Virus record (IMG/VR): IMGVR_UViG_3300037067_027643
Location: 32,001 to 96,000 of that record
Length of the DNA: 64,000 bases
From: a virus
Taxonomy: Duplodnaviria; Caudoviricetes
Reading direction: 5' to 3' (one strand)
A model generated the notes under the pieces. It searched no databases, was not told where the DNA came from, and saw only the letters and a list, made by a program, of their open reading frames with translations. Shown here piece after piece: positions 8,928 to 19,351 of the stretch. The first letter of the stretch is position 1, and each line of letters begins with the position of its first letter. Made by a program: the position numbers and the translations under genes.

Positions 8928-10649
8928 TTATCCGCATTTGGACATTCCGCACGCTGGGCATTTCTGGCAACTCTCACTAAATACCATTAATTCTCCACAA
9001 TCTGGACATTTATTTTTACTCTTTATACCATCCTTTATAAATTTCTTAATGGTGCGCTCAACACCTGTTTTCCAAGTGTTTATACCATCTTCTTCAAATT
9101 TAAGATTACCTATTAACTCATATACACAAACTAATGGCATTCCTTGTCTAAGTACACCAGATAAAAGTCTAGCATAATTATAATATTGTTTGTCAAATGT
9201 TCTATTTAATCCTTCGTGTGTACATTTAAACCCATCACTATCAACATATTGAAAATCATATCTACTTATACCATTTTCTTTATTTCTGATAATAAATCCC
9301 TTTTCTATTTTTTGAGGAATATTAAAGGATTCTGATTTTCCAGTAAACAATTCGTATGGTTTATTATTTAATAATCCTATAACACTAATCCATTTTTCAC
9401 TATTACTTGTAAATCGAATAATTTCTGCGGGTAATATTTTAGGTCTTTTTGGTGCATGTGTTTCCCAATCGTTATTGATATTAGTTGCATTTTTACTATT
9501 ATCAATTAATATACCATCTCTACTTCCTTCTCTATATATTGTAAATCCTTTACATCCTTGTTTCCATGCTTCTAAATATATTGTTGATATTTCTTGTTCT
9601 GTTACATTATTAGGTAAATTACATGTAGAACTAATACTTTGTTGAATATATTGTTGAATTATTCCTTGTATTTTACATCTATTTATCCAATTAATTTCAC
9701 TCGCTGTTGATTTATAGTAAGGTGATACAGTTATTAATTTATCAAATTCTGTTTTATCTAATTTACTTAATTCTAACGATGATTCTTGTTCTGTTATATT
9801 TTTATATATACTATACCAAATAATAAATTTAGAATGGACTACATTATATTCTTCAAAACTATCACCTTGTTTATCTGTAAATGCTACTTTACTATTTTTA
9901 TCATTTGGATTTACTTTTTTACGTCTTGTATAATATATCATGAATGTAGGTTCAATTCCGGATGTTGTCTTAGTTAATAATGAAATTGATCCTGTTGGTG
10001 CCAATGCTGTTTGTGCTACATTTCTTCTTCCGAATTTTTTATATTTATCTATATAACTTTTATTTAATTTAGGTAACATCAATTGTATAAAATCATTTTT
10101 CGATTCTATATTGTAATCAAATCCTACGAATGAGCCTCTTTCTTCTGCTAAATCTATATCACTTTCTAATGAAGCCTTAGCAAATGAATTCATTATAGTA
10201 TTTTTAATAAATTCTATTGATTCTTCTGAACTATATTGTAAATTCATAGCTGCTAAAGTATCTCCTAATCCTGTATATCCTAATCCTGTTCTTCTACTAT
10301 TTAATGTTGTTTGTTTAATTTTATTCCATAATTCAATTTCTGTTCTCTTTATTTCTATCGGTTCTGGATCAATTTCTATTTTTGATAATATATTATTTAT
10401 TTTATCTATTTCCAAATCTACCATGTCGTCCATTATTCGCTGTCCATATTTTACATGTTGTTCAAATAAATCTATATTAAATGTTGAATTTTTTGTAAAT
10501 GGATTCACTACATAACTATACAGATTAAGCGACATAAGCCTGCAAGTATCTTGTGCCATATAGATTTCTCCACAATCCACATTCAAAATTGATTTATTAA
10601 AATAATTTTCTATTTTATCTTCCGTCTTTTTTATTTTTGTTATAATCAT
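8928..10649 (-). CDS. nrdJ: class II ribonucleotide reductase, C-terminal fragment preceded by 25-aa IntC
   Basis: CGEI, CRLMSLNL, RRTGLG, APTGSIS, TTSGIEP, GCKGFTIYREGSR, C-terminal CxxC pairs. Confidence 0.9.
   Translation of the reverse strand: MIITKIKKTEDKIENYFNKSILNVDCGEIYMAQDTCRLMSLNLYSYVVNPFTKNSTFNIDLFEQHVKYGQRIMDDMVDLEIDKINNILSKIEIDPEPIEIKRTEIELWNKIKQTTLNSRRTGLGYTGLGDTLAAMNLQYSSEESIEFIKNTIMNSFAKASLESDIDLAEERGSFVGFDYNIESKNDFIQLMLPKLNKSYIDKYKKFGRRNVAQTALAPTGSISLLTKTTSGIEPTFMIYYTRRKKVNPNDKNSKVAFTDKQGDSFEEYNVVHSKFIIWYSIYKNITEQESSLELSKLDKTEFDKLITVSPYYKSTASEINWINRCKIQGIIQQYIQQSISSTCNLPNNVTEQEISTIYLEAWKQGCKGFTIYREGSRDGILIDNSKNATNINNDWETHAPKRPKILPAEIIRFTSNSEKWISVIGLLNNKPYELFTGKSESFNIPQKIEKGFIIRNKENGISRYDFQYVDSDGFKCTHEGLNRTFDKQYYNYARLLSGVLRQGMPLVCVYELIGNLKFEEDGINTWKTGVERTIKKFIKDGIKSKNKCPDCGELMVFSESCQKCPACGMSKCG
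10575..10649 (-). mobile_element. split intein C-fragment (IntC), 25 aa, ending in Asp
   Basis: MIITKIKKTEDKIENYFNKSILNVD directly precedes the CGEI extein. Confidence 0.7.
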
Positions 10650-11874
10650 TTAATTCTTTCTTAAATTGTTCAAAATTATTAAAATATTTATTTATTGTTT
10701 GTATATTCAATCCAAAATTTAATGGTATTAATTTATTTTCTTTAAGATATTTAATAACATTATTAATATTTTCTAAATCAATATTACCATTATATTTATT
10801 AATACCATTGAATATTTTTATTTTATATCCATTAATTGATATATTATTTTTTAAATTATATTCTAATGTACATTTACCTGAACAAGTCATTTTTTCGGAA
10901 CTTGTTCTTTTTTTAAAAATATTTGTACATATTGCACATTTGCATTCTATAATCGGATCATTTAAATCTTTTTCTTGTCTTATTTTTTCGTATTTTTCTT
11001 TTTGACGTTTACTTATATCAGCCGCCATTTGTGGATTATTTTTAAATGCCTCCTTTCTGGATTTACTTAGTTTTAATGTATATTCTGGGTTTTCACATCT
11101 TTCTATTGCTTTTTGCCTTATTTTTTCTATGGTAGATTCTGACATAACAGCACCAAATCTTGGATTATTTTCTCCCCTCATATCACATTCTATAAAAGCA
11201 TCTTTCTTCCATTCTTTGCATTCCAATTTTATATCTTTGTTTTGTTTTAAAATTAAATTAATATCATATATCAATTCATATTCAATTTTAATTGATTCAA
11301 AATATTTTTTAAATAATTCATATTTATCATCCAAATTTTTATTATTACTTTTAACTTCAATTACTTTACACAAAATATTATTTTTATACATAAAAAAATC
11401 TGGTTTATATGATATATCACCCAAATAAAATATTTTATCTTCCATTTCTATTCTATAATCATTATAATATTTATATAAATATTTTAAAATAATAAACTCA
11501 CATTGACTTCGACAGTAATATTTTTTATCATTAATTATAACATAACCAGAATATCCTCGACTAAAATTTTTTGTTTGATGTTTATGTTGAACAGTTCTTC
11601 TATTAGTATGCTTATAAGATGATTCTATAAAATTATTAGCAAATATTTTTTTATTTTCTTCGGCTTCTAATTGTGTACAATTTTTCCGTAAAATCCAATA
11701 TGCAATAGATACTTTACTATTTGACGAATTAATAAATTGTACAATATCTATACATAATTTTTTATTTAATTCTGACTTATCTTTAATATTAAAATAAATC
11801 AAGGTTTTTTCTAAAAATTTATCAAAACCTTGTCTAATTTTTAATTTACTTAATTTTTCTACTGTTTGTTTCAT
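10615..11874 (-). CDS. free-standing PD-(D/E)XK homing endonuclease with NUMOD3-like and Zn motifs
   Basis: YKPDFF...IEVKS, GENNPRFGAVMSESTIEKIR, CxxC...CSGKC; lies between the two nrdJ halves. Confidence 0.8.
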   Translation of the reverse strand: MKQTVEKLSKLKIRQGFDKFLEKTLIYFNIKDKSELNKKLCIDIVQFINSSNSKVSIAYWILRKNCTQLEAEENKKIFANNFIESSYKHTNRRTVQHKHQTKNFSRGYSGYVIINDKKYYCRSQCEFIILKYLYKYYNDYRIEMEDKIFYLGDISYKPDFFMYKNNILCKVIEVKSNNKNLDDKYELFKKYFESIKIEYELIYDINLILKQNKDIKLECKEWKKDAFIECDMRGENNPRFGAVMSESTIEKIRQKAIERCENPEYTLKLSKSRKEAFKNNPQMAADISKRQKEKYEKIRQEKDLNDPIIECKCAICTNIFKKRTSSEKMTCSGKCTLEYNLKNNISINGYKIKIFNGINKYNGNIDLENINNVIKYLKENKLIPLNFGLNIQTINKYFNNFEQFKKELNDYNKNKKDGR

Positions 11875-11940
11875 ATATTAATATCTCCTTACCATGTATT
11901 TAAATAAATAGTAAAAAAATATTTTTTATAAAACAACATG

Positions 11941-13371
11941 TTAAATTATTTCATCTCCTTCGACTAATTTATATGCAAATTTTTGACCTAATTTTGTATT
12001 AACAATATCAAAATATTTTAATTTTAAATTATCATTTAAAATAATATCATCTTCCACAATAATTTCTTTTCTATTTAAAATACTAAAAAAATTATAATTG
12101 GGTATAGCTGTTAAATCATATACATCCTCTACTAAATTTGTTTTAAAAATATCAATTACCTTAAGTAATTTATTATTAACACCTAATATAGAAATTTCTT
12201 TATTATTCTGTAAATCAATATCACAAATTAATATTTGATTAAAATCTTTATCATATAATTTATGTTTAGAATTTACTAAAATATATTCTCCATTATCAAA
12301 TGATATTTTATAAATTTCGTCTTTATGATTTGTTATGCCAACCCAATCTAATTCAGATGTAAATAATATACCATTTTTATCTTGTGTAATTATTTTAATA
12401 TCACTATATTTATCTTTCCACTTTTCTAAATTATTAATTTTAATCCAACCAATATTTGTTAATACTAATGTATCACCAACAACGCATGGGTTTGTGGTTA
12501 TCCCTTTGTATTGTGGATATTCTTCACTAATCCCTTTATCTAAGTTGTCAATAAATAGAATTCCTGGTTCTGCATTCTTCCAATTGTTATATATCAACTT
12601 ATTCCAAATATCTTTAGGATTGATTTTTTTCTTAAATTTTGCTTCTCCTGTTATTGGAAATTGTTGTTCAAATTCTTTATTGTTAATAATACAATCTAAA
12701 AATTCATTTGTTATTTTAATTGAAATATTTGCTCCGGTAATTTTTCCTTCTTCAAATTTAGCATTTATAAAGTCCTCTAAATCAGGGTGCTTACAATGCA
12801 AAGACAGCAACAAAGCTCCTCTTCTTCCATCTTGTGCTACTTCTCTAGTTGAATTACTATATCTTTCCATAAATGGAACTATTCCTGTAGATGTTAATGC
12901 GCTATTTTTAACAGGACTACCTTTTGGTCTAATATGAGATAAGTCATGACCAACACCACCTCTTCTTTTCATCAACTGAACCTGTTCTTCGTCTGTTTTT
13001 ATAATTCCTCCGTAGCTATCGCACTCATTCCCTACGACGAAGCAATTGCTAATCGAGGTAACTTGTAAATCGTTTCCGATTCCTGCCATTGCACTTCCAC
13101 CTGGAATAATATATTTAAAATTCTTTAACAAATCGTATATTTCTTCTTCACTTAGTGGATTTGGATACTTTTGTTCTATTTTTGATAATTCTTCGGCTAT
13201 TCTTTTATGCATGTCATCTGGACATTTTTCATAAATATTTCCTTCACTATCCTTTAATGCATACTTATTGATCCAAACATTTGTGGCTAGAGTGTCATTG
13301 TCAAAATATTTTAATGTTTCATTATAAACTTCTTCTCTATTAAATTTAATCATCATTTCTTTATTCTCCAA
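11941..13371 (-). CDS. nrdJ: class II ribonucleotide reductase, N-terminal fragment fused to IntN
   Basis: WINKYAL, SNCFV, RRGGVGHDLSHIRP, VAQDGRRGA, AEPGILF, TTNP followed by intein. Confidence 0.92.
   Translation of the reverse strand: MENKEMMIKFNREEVYNETLKYFDNDTLATNVWINKYALKDSEGNIYEKCPDDMHKRIAEELSKIEQKYPNPLSEEEIYDLLKNFKYIIPGGSAMAGIGNDLQVTSISNCFVVGNECDSYGGIIKTDEEQVQLMKRRGGVGHDLSHIRPKGSPVKNSALTSTGIVPFMERYSNSTREVAQDGRRGALLLSLHCKHPDLEDFINAKFEEGKITGANISIKITNEFLDCIINNKEFEQQFPITGEAKFKKKINPKDIWNKLIYNNWKNAEPGILFIDNLDKGISEEYPQYKGITTNPCVVGDTLVLTNIGWIKINNLEKWKDKYSDIKIITQDKNGILFTSELDWVGITNHKDEIYKISFDNGEYILVNSKHKLYDKDFNQILICDIDLQNNKEISILGVNNKLLKVIDIFKTNLVEDVYDLTAIPNYNFFSILNRKEIIVEDDIILNDNLKLKYFDIVNTKLGQKFAYKLVEGDEII
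11944..12486 (-). mobile_element. split intein N-fragment (IntN), 181 aa
   Basis: CVVGDTLVLT (block A), VNSKHKLY (block B), VYDLTAIPNYNFF (block F); inserted at NP|C. Confidence 0.85.
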
Positions 13372-13401
13372 AAAAAGTTATTATTTATAGTTATTGTTTA
13401 G

Positions 13402-14247
13402 TTATATTTCAAAAAATTCATCAAAAGTTTCATTATTTATTTGTAAATCGGTAGAATCAATTTCTAATTCTTTTATTTGTTCCATTAACACTTTATAAAC
13501 ATCACTTACATTTAAATATGGAATACTTATCACTTTTCTTACTGTATTCCAATCATAATTATTAATAACATCAATTATTTTATCTTTTATTTTATCATCC
13601 AAATTAATTTTAACTTCGATCCATGATTTTATACTAGAATTATTATCTAAAATTTTTCCTAAATAATTTCCTAATCTTTGTATTTTAAAATCGTATATTC
13701 CAGTACCGTAGGCTTCTTGATGTACTTCTATTCCTTTTAATTTTAAATTATCAATTTTCTTATCTTTATTATATTTATAAATATTAAAACAACATTTCAA
13801 TTTAATATTACTAAATAGTTGTTCTTTTAAATCTTGACTATATATTAAATCTAAATTTTTTAAGTTATTTTTATTTAACCAACTAATAGGCAAAATATAA
13901 GCTACATAATTTGATATTTGATATGATTTATTAATAAATTGAGTTAATAAATTTCTATTACTACCAAACGGAGGATTTCCAATAATTAGACATTTAGTGT
14001 TAAACGGCAATTCTAATTTTAAAAAGTCTTGATTTTGTATTCGTTCTGATTCTGGTTGTATGTCGTATGCTAAAATTTTATATTTATAATAATATTCATC
14101 AAATAAATAATTCGAAAATGAGCCGTTACCAGCGCTTGGTTCTATAATAGTATCAATTTTATCTCTACCAATAAAATCTAATGTTTGTTCTATTAATTCT
14201 TTTGATAGATTAGGATCTGTATAGTATTTATCTAATTCTATTTTCAT
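13402..14247 (-). CDS. amino-(N6A/N4C) DNA methyltransferase
   Basis: DKYYT, IEPSAGNGSF, IGNPPFG. Confidence 0.85.
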   Translation of the reverse strand: MKIELDKYYTDPNLSKELIEQTLDFIGRDKIDTIIEPSAGNGSFSNYLFDEYYYKYKILAYDIQPESERIQNQDFLKLELPFNTKCLIIGNPPFGSNRNLLTQFINKSYQISNYVAYILPISWLNKNNLKNLDLIYSQDLKEQLFSNIKLKCCFNIYKYNKDKKIDNLKLKGIEVHQEAYGTGIYDFKIQRLGNYLGKILDNNSSIKSWIEVKINLDDKIKDKIIDVINNYDWNTVRKVISIPYLNVSDVYKVLMEQIKELEIDSTDLQINNETFDEFFEI

Positions 14248-14261
14248 CTTTAATATATTAT

Positions 14262-14696
14262 TTATTGTTTTCCAGTAGAGCCAAACCCGCCGCTACCTCT
14301 ATCTGTATCATCTAATTTATCAACTTCTATAAATTCTGCTTTTTCATGTTTACTAATTATCATCTGTGCTACTCTATCTCCATCATTAATGCAATAATCT
14401 TCGTTTGATAAATTAACAAGCATAACTAGTAAATTTCCACGGTAATCACTATCTAGCGTACCCGGAGAATTTAAAACTGTAATACCGTGTTTAATTGCTA
14501 ATCCACTTCTTGGTCTTATTTGGGATTCATATCCAATAGGTAATTCTATATAAATATCAATTGGAATTAAAATTCTTTGTAATGGTTTTATCCAAATTGA
14601 CTCATTAATATTTGCTCTTAAATCCATTCCAGCCGACCCTATTGTTTCATAATTTGGTAATGGATGTTTTGATTTATTTACTATTTTTACTTTCAT
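14262..14696 (-). CDS. dut: trimeric dUTPase
   Basis: [32 protein letters not shown]. Confidence 0.97.
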   Translation of the reverse strand: MKVKIVNKSKHPLPNYETIGSAGMDLRANINESIWIKPLQRILIPIDIYIELPIGYESQIRPRSGLAIKHGITVLNSPGTLDSDYRGNLLVMLVNLSNEDYCINDGDRVAQMIISKHEKAEFIEVDKLDDTDRGSGGFGSTGKQ

Positions 14697-16097
14697 TTAA
14701 TCAAATTTTGTTAATTTTGGTGCAATATTGTCTCTATTATTTTTTAATTGGTTATATTTAGTAGATAATAATTTTCTTGTTAATTCTTCGCTATTTTGCA
14801 TTGACATGTTTATTTCTTTTCCTTGACGTGAATCTTTATCAAATATTTGAATATCACCATTTCCGGTATTAATTTTACTAACAAACTTTAATCCATCCGG
14901 ACCAAATCTATTTTTAATAATATACCAACTTCCAAACCCAGCAGATTTTTGTTCTAACGGTCTTGCAAGTGATATTACTACATCCCCAGTCATTATTTTT
15001 GAGTAGTCCTCCGAAACCTGCGCACCAGTAATAATTTCGGACTCAGACGAGCTACGATTTCCTTGACTAGCTGTGATACAAGGGATTTTATACTTTCCTG
15101 CTAGTCCTCTTAGTTCAACATAAATATCACTTAATTCATATCTTTTTTCTCTTTTAGCATATCTAACATTACTTTTCATTAAATCAGCATAATCGACTAT
15201 TATCATATCTGGAGTAATTCCATTAAAAATAGCTTGATCAATATGTGCAGATATCATTTGAGTGCTTAATGTTCCTGCTGGATAATATTCTACAATTATA
15301 TTTCCTGGTAATCCATCTAATGATTTAACAACTGTTTCTTTTTGAAATTTTAAATCATGAAAATCAACACCAGTAAAATAAGCATCATATCTTTTTCCTG
15401 TATAATTTGGATATAGTTCTAATGTATAATGAAAAACAGTTTTACCAAGCTTAACCGCTGATCCTCCTACATTTACTAAGGTCCAGCTTTTACCTCCCCC
15501 AGCACTCGAAATAAATATAAATAGTTCTCCAGCACCGGATCCACCATGTGTAATATCATTAATTACATCCCAACCAGTAGGAATAGGATTTCTATCTTCT
15601 TCGCTGTATCTATTATCAACTTCTTTTTTATAATCGTAATATTGAAATGGTTCTATTCCTACCTTACTAGCTTGTTCTATTCTTTCTGGTACAGCATCTA
15701 ACTCACCTCGTTCTATTAATTCTACACAATCGTATATAGCTCCTGTATATTCTTGATTCCTGCAAAATTTAATAGTTTCATGCTTTATAAAATCTAATCC
15801 TTCTGCTCCTATTGAATCTTTTACTTGTTTATAATTTTCAAGTATTTGAAGTTTTAATACATCGTTGTTATTTATATTTTGTATCTGTACCTTAAAGAAT
15901 TCTTTGGTAGGACAACTATTGTATTGAGTATAATATTCTTTGATCCATTTTATTAGGGATTTATTTGCTTCACTATCAAAGTATTTTTCTTCTACATTTA
16001 TTCCTATTTGTTGATAGAATGAAGCATCGCTTATAAAGGCTGCTAATAATTTAATCTGAAAGCTAAATCCGTAATCTCCAAATGTTGTTTGTGTCAT
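14697..16097 (-). CDS. DnaB/gp41-like replicative helicase
   Basis: AGGGKS, YTLE, IIVDYADL, TASQGNR, KNRFG. Confidence 0.9.
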   Translation of the reverse strand: MTQTTFGDYGFSFQIKLLAAFISDASFYQQIGINVEEKYFDSEANKSLIKWIKEYYTQYNSCPTKEFFKVQIQNINNNDVLKLQILENYKQVKDSIGAEGLDFIKHETIKFCRNQEYTGAIYDCVELIERGELDAVPERIEQASKVGIEPFQYYDYKKEVDNRYSEEDRNPIPTGWDVINDITHGGSGAGELFIFISSAGGGKSWTLVNVGGSAVKLGKTVFHYTLELYPNYTGKRYDAYFTGVDFHDLKFQKETVVKSLDGLPGNIIVEYYPAGTLSTQMISAHIDQAIFNGITPDMIIVDYADLMKSNVRYAKREKRYELSDIYVELRGLAGKYKIPCITASQGNRSSSESEIITGAQVSEDYSKIMTGDVVISLARPLEQKSAGFGSWYIIKNRFGPDGLKFVSKINTGNGDIQIFDKDSRQGKEINMSMQNSEELTRKLLSTKYNQLKNNRDNIAPKLTKFD

Positions 16098-16152
16098 CCC
16101 TATCTTATTCCTTAGTTTTCTTCTTTATTTTTAATATACAAAATTATTTGGA

Positions 16153-17203
16153 TTAATTATGTGATTCAAGATAATTAAAATTATTCAACCAACCAATTAT
16201 ATCTTTTACTAATGTCATCCTGTCTTCTGCAAGCATTCTTATAAAATTACTTTTAGATAGATGATTTCTTTCATTATTCATCTGAACGCTGATCTTATTT
16301 TTAGCAAACTCACTAATATCAACATTATGAAGTTGCATTAATTGTTCATTTAATCTAAGTTGTTCTCGATTCGCATTAATACTATTATATGTATTACTTG
16401 TAGATTCTTTTTCACTTGAAATATTAATGATATCTTCTACCGTTACTCTTTTATCTTGTTCAAATAATACTGGAAATCTCTTCTGTAATGTTTTTAATCC
16501 TATTCCCTTTATTCCTGGTATATTATCACTTTTATCACCTGTTAAAGCTCTGTAAGTAAGATAATTTTCTGGACTTAATTCATATTCAGTGAATACTTTG
16601 TCGGTATCATATAATATCTTTTTAGTTGGACTCCATACATTACAACCATCATTTACCAACTGTAAAAAATCTCTATCACTTGACATTACAGTTACATTAT
16701 ATCGATTAGTATCATTAAAAATACTTCTACACATATAAGCAATAGTATCATCTGCCTCTATATTATCTACTGATATTAATGTTACTGGTAATTCATGTAA
16801 GTAATCCATTAATCTTAATAGTTCATACTGCTGTTGTTTAGAGTCTTCTTCTGATGTATCGTAAAAATCAGGTCTTAAAATCTTATGAACTCTTCTTTGT
16901 GATTTATATTCTGGAAACAGTTTTCTCCTTCTTACAGATCCTCCTTTACCATCAAATACTATATATACTTTATCTGGGTTACATAGTTTTATAGCATATC
17001 CTAAACTTAGTAAGCTTCCTGTTATTCCACCTATATGAATAGCATTTTCATTGGTATTTGGTGCAACACTATAAGAACGAATAAATAAGTTTGGCTCAGA
17101 GGCCGTCGATAATCAAGATATTACTCCTGATATCGACGACCTTATTACCATTATTTTTAGCTTGTAGCATTTCTGTAAAACGCTTTAATAGATTGTTATT
17201 CAT
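16153..17203 (-). CDS. 5'-3' exonuclease (FEN/T4 RNase H-like), interrupted by a 7-nt insert at 17092-17098
   Basis: ATG at 17203 gives MNNNLL...ILIIDGL then TGA; the +1 frame continues NLFIRSY...VFDGKGGSVRRRKLFPEYK...EADD...SSDRDF...GDKSDNIPGIKGIG. The ORF track shows only the last 218 aa. Confidence 0.85.
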
Positions 17204-18431
17204 CTCCCGCTGAGCCGTTATCAATTTCTATCTCGTCAGTATCATAATTAGGTTCATTCATATTACTTGATTCTAAACTACTATCATTTTTCTTATACTT
17301 CATAATCATTGAATCACATATATCTTTATACATCCCAGCTTTTATTTCTGGTCTTTCAAGTAATAATGGTTTAAATGTTTTTTTAGTAAATTTTACTACT
17401 TCTGCTGTTTCTTTATCAACCCAGGTATAATTTGATCCAGAACCATCTATAAGTCCTCTATCAGACATAGTTTCAATCCAACTGCCTAAGTTATCTATTC
17501 CACTATCAAAATAAATATTAAATATAGCTTTTCTATGAGGTGGACCAAATCTATTTTTAATAACTTTTACTTCTGTTCTTGCTCCAATTACTTCTTCTTT
17601 TCCTTTTGGACCAATTTTAATTTGTCCTATTTGTGCAATTTTTAACCTAGCACTTGCATAGAATTGTAATGCCTTACCACCGCCAGTCGTGGACTTATCT
17701 CCGAACATTACTCCTAGCTTATCTCTAAGCTGGTTATTAAAGATAAGAAGTATATTTTCATTAGCAATTAGTTGTTTTATTTTACGCAATCCTTTAGACA
17801 TAATAATCGCCTTCGCTGTTGACCAACCATCTTTATCGTAATCACTTTCCATTTCTACCTTTGTTGATGCAGCGGCAATTGAATCTACTATAATAGTAAC
17901 TAATCTTTTTTTGCTTGATTCTCTTACTTTTGAAATAATATTTTCGATTGCTTCAAATATTTCTTCTACCAACGCTAATTGAATATATACAAATTTCTTT
18001 GGATCAGTATCTACACCTATAGCAGATAGAAACTCAACATTTAAAGAATTTTCTGTGTCTATATATACTGGTAATCCACCTTTCCGTTGAGTGTCCGCCA
18101 TAATATGCCCTGATATCAAGGATTTCCCAGATGCTTCCCATCCGAAAAATTCCAAAATTCTTGCACTAGGTAAGCCTCCATTAGGTCTATTACTAATCGC
18201 GATATCTAACACATCACTACCTGTGGAAACCCAGTCATTTAAGTCAGATGGAGTTTCTTCACTTCCATCAAGATAATAAGCTACTTTTTCATATTCTTTA
18301 CTAAACTTTTTATTTAAGCTTTCAACAATACTTAATGATAAACTATCTTGTATTTCTGCTTTAGATTTTAATTTAGAATCAACTACCCCAGAATCATCCG
18401 GAGTAGTTTCTATTGATTTCTTTTTTGCCAT
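17196..18431 (-). CDS. recA: RecA/UvsX recombinase
   Basis: GWEASGKS, YIDTE, IIVDSIAA, NQLR, GGKALQFYAS, KNRFGPP. Confidence 0.93.
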   Translation of the reverse strand: MAKKKSIETTPDDSGVVDSKLKSKAEIQDSLSLSIVESLNKKFSKEYEKVAYYLDGSEETPSDLNDWVSTGSDVLDIAISNRPNGGLPSARILEFFGWEASGKSLISGHIMADTQRKGGLPVYIDTENSLNVEFLSAIGVDTDPKKFVYIQLALVEEIFEAIENIISKVRESSKKRLVTIIVDSIAAASTKVEMESDYDKDGWSTAKAIIMSKGLRKIKQLIANENILLIFNNQLRDKLGVMFGDKSTTGGGKALQFYASARLKIAQIGQIKIGPKGKEEVIGARTEVKVIKNRFGPPHRKAIFNIYFDSGIDNLGSWIETMSDRGLIDGSGSNYTWVDKETAEVVKFTKKTFKPLLLERPEIKAGMYKDICDSMIMKYKKNDSSLESSNMNEPNYDTDEIEIDNGSAGDE

Positions 18432-18439
18432 ACTTACTA

Positions 18440-19351
18440 TTAATTAAAAATTTCATCAAATGCTTGATTAACATCTTTTGTTGCTGTTGGCTTAATAGTA
18501 GCAGCTGTAGGTTTTACTGTAGTAGATGGAGTAGTTTTAGCGGTAGCTGTTGCAATTGATTTATTTACAACTACTTGTTTTGGTTTTGGTTGTTCAACAA
18601 CTGGTTTGGTTTCTTCTACCACCTGTTCTTCTACAACGGTTTCTTCTGTTTCATCGGTAGTTGTTTGTTCTTCTGTGTTTGTAGCAGTTGTTTCGCCTCC
18701 TGGTTCTAACCATTTAGCTAACATATCAGCTAATTCATCATAGGTAGATTTTGGATAGATATTATAAATATCAGTTTGTTTTGTTAAAATCAAATCTAAT
18801 ACAGCAGGATCATTAGTTGCTTTAGTAACATTTGGTTTTACTCTAACACTAATTTTGCCATATTTATTCTTTGCTACAGCTGGTTCAGTAAATTCTACAA
18901 CTATATCTCTTCCAGCATTTAAATCTGTAATATCACCGTAATCTGGATCTGTAGTGATTTTTAATAATTCTTGATATTGATCTTTACCAAATCCCCAAAA
19001 TTTAACTCCTTCTTTTTCTTTTCCTCTTACAATAATAGGAACAAATACTCTTAAAGATGGTTCTAATTTTTTTCCTAGCATCCAATCATCTTTATCTCCG
19101 GTGTTTTGAAGTGATAATGCAAATTCTTCAATTGGATCTAATTCTCCAAATGTTGTTAATGCTAATGGTTTTTTCTTACCACAGTTATAATGAAAATATA
19201 ATTCAATAAATGGATCATCTTTTCTAAATTGATAAGGTACAATTCTGATAATGTTTTCACCTGGTGCAGGTTTCCACTTGTTTTTGTTTACATTTGTGTT
19301 ACTTTGCAATGCTTTTAATTTTTTTCTCATTGCTTCTACGTCAATTGCCAT
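18440..19351 (-). CDS. gp32-like single-stranded DNA-binding protein
   Basis: IRIVPY, PFIELYFHY, VKFWGFGK, YGDITD, low-complexity linker, acidic tail FDEIFN; adjacent to recA. Confidence 0.8.
   Translation of the reverse strand: MAIDVEAMRKKLKALQSNTNVNKNKWKPAPGENIIRIVPYQFRKDDPFIELYFHYNCGKKKPLALTTFGELDPIEEFALSLQNTGDKDDWMLGKKLEPSLRVFVPIIVRGKEKEGVKFWGFGKDQYQELLKITTDPDYGDITDLNAGRDIVVEFTEPAVAKNKYGKISVRVKPNVTKATNDPAVLDLILTKQTDIYNIYPKSTYDELADMLAKWLEPGGETTATNTEEQTTTDETEETVVEEQVVEETKPVVEQPKPKQVVVNKSIATATAKTTPSTTVKPTAATIKPTATKDVNQAFDEIFN

Noticed and set aside
10650-11940. Group I intron interrupting nrdJ
   Set aside because: The interval is almost all endonuclease ORF, with no room for catalytic core elements, and both flanks carry intein motifs
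12335-12937. 200-aa plus-strand ORF and similar shadow ORFs (e.g. 28207-28680, 47622-48083, 26318-26611)
   Set aside because: Antisense shadows of well-supported genes, expected from codon bias
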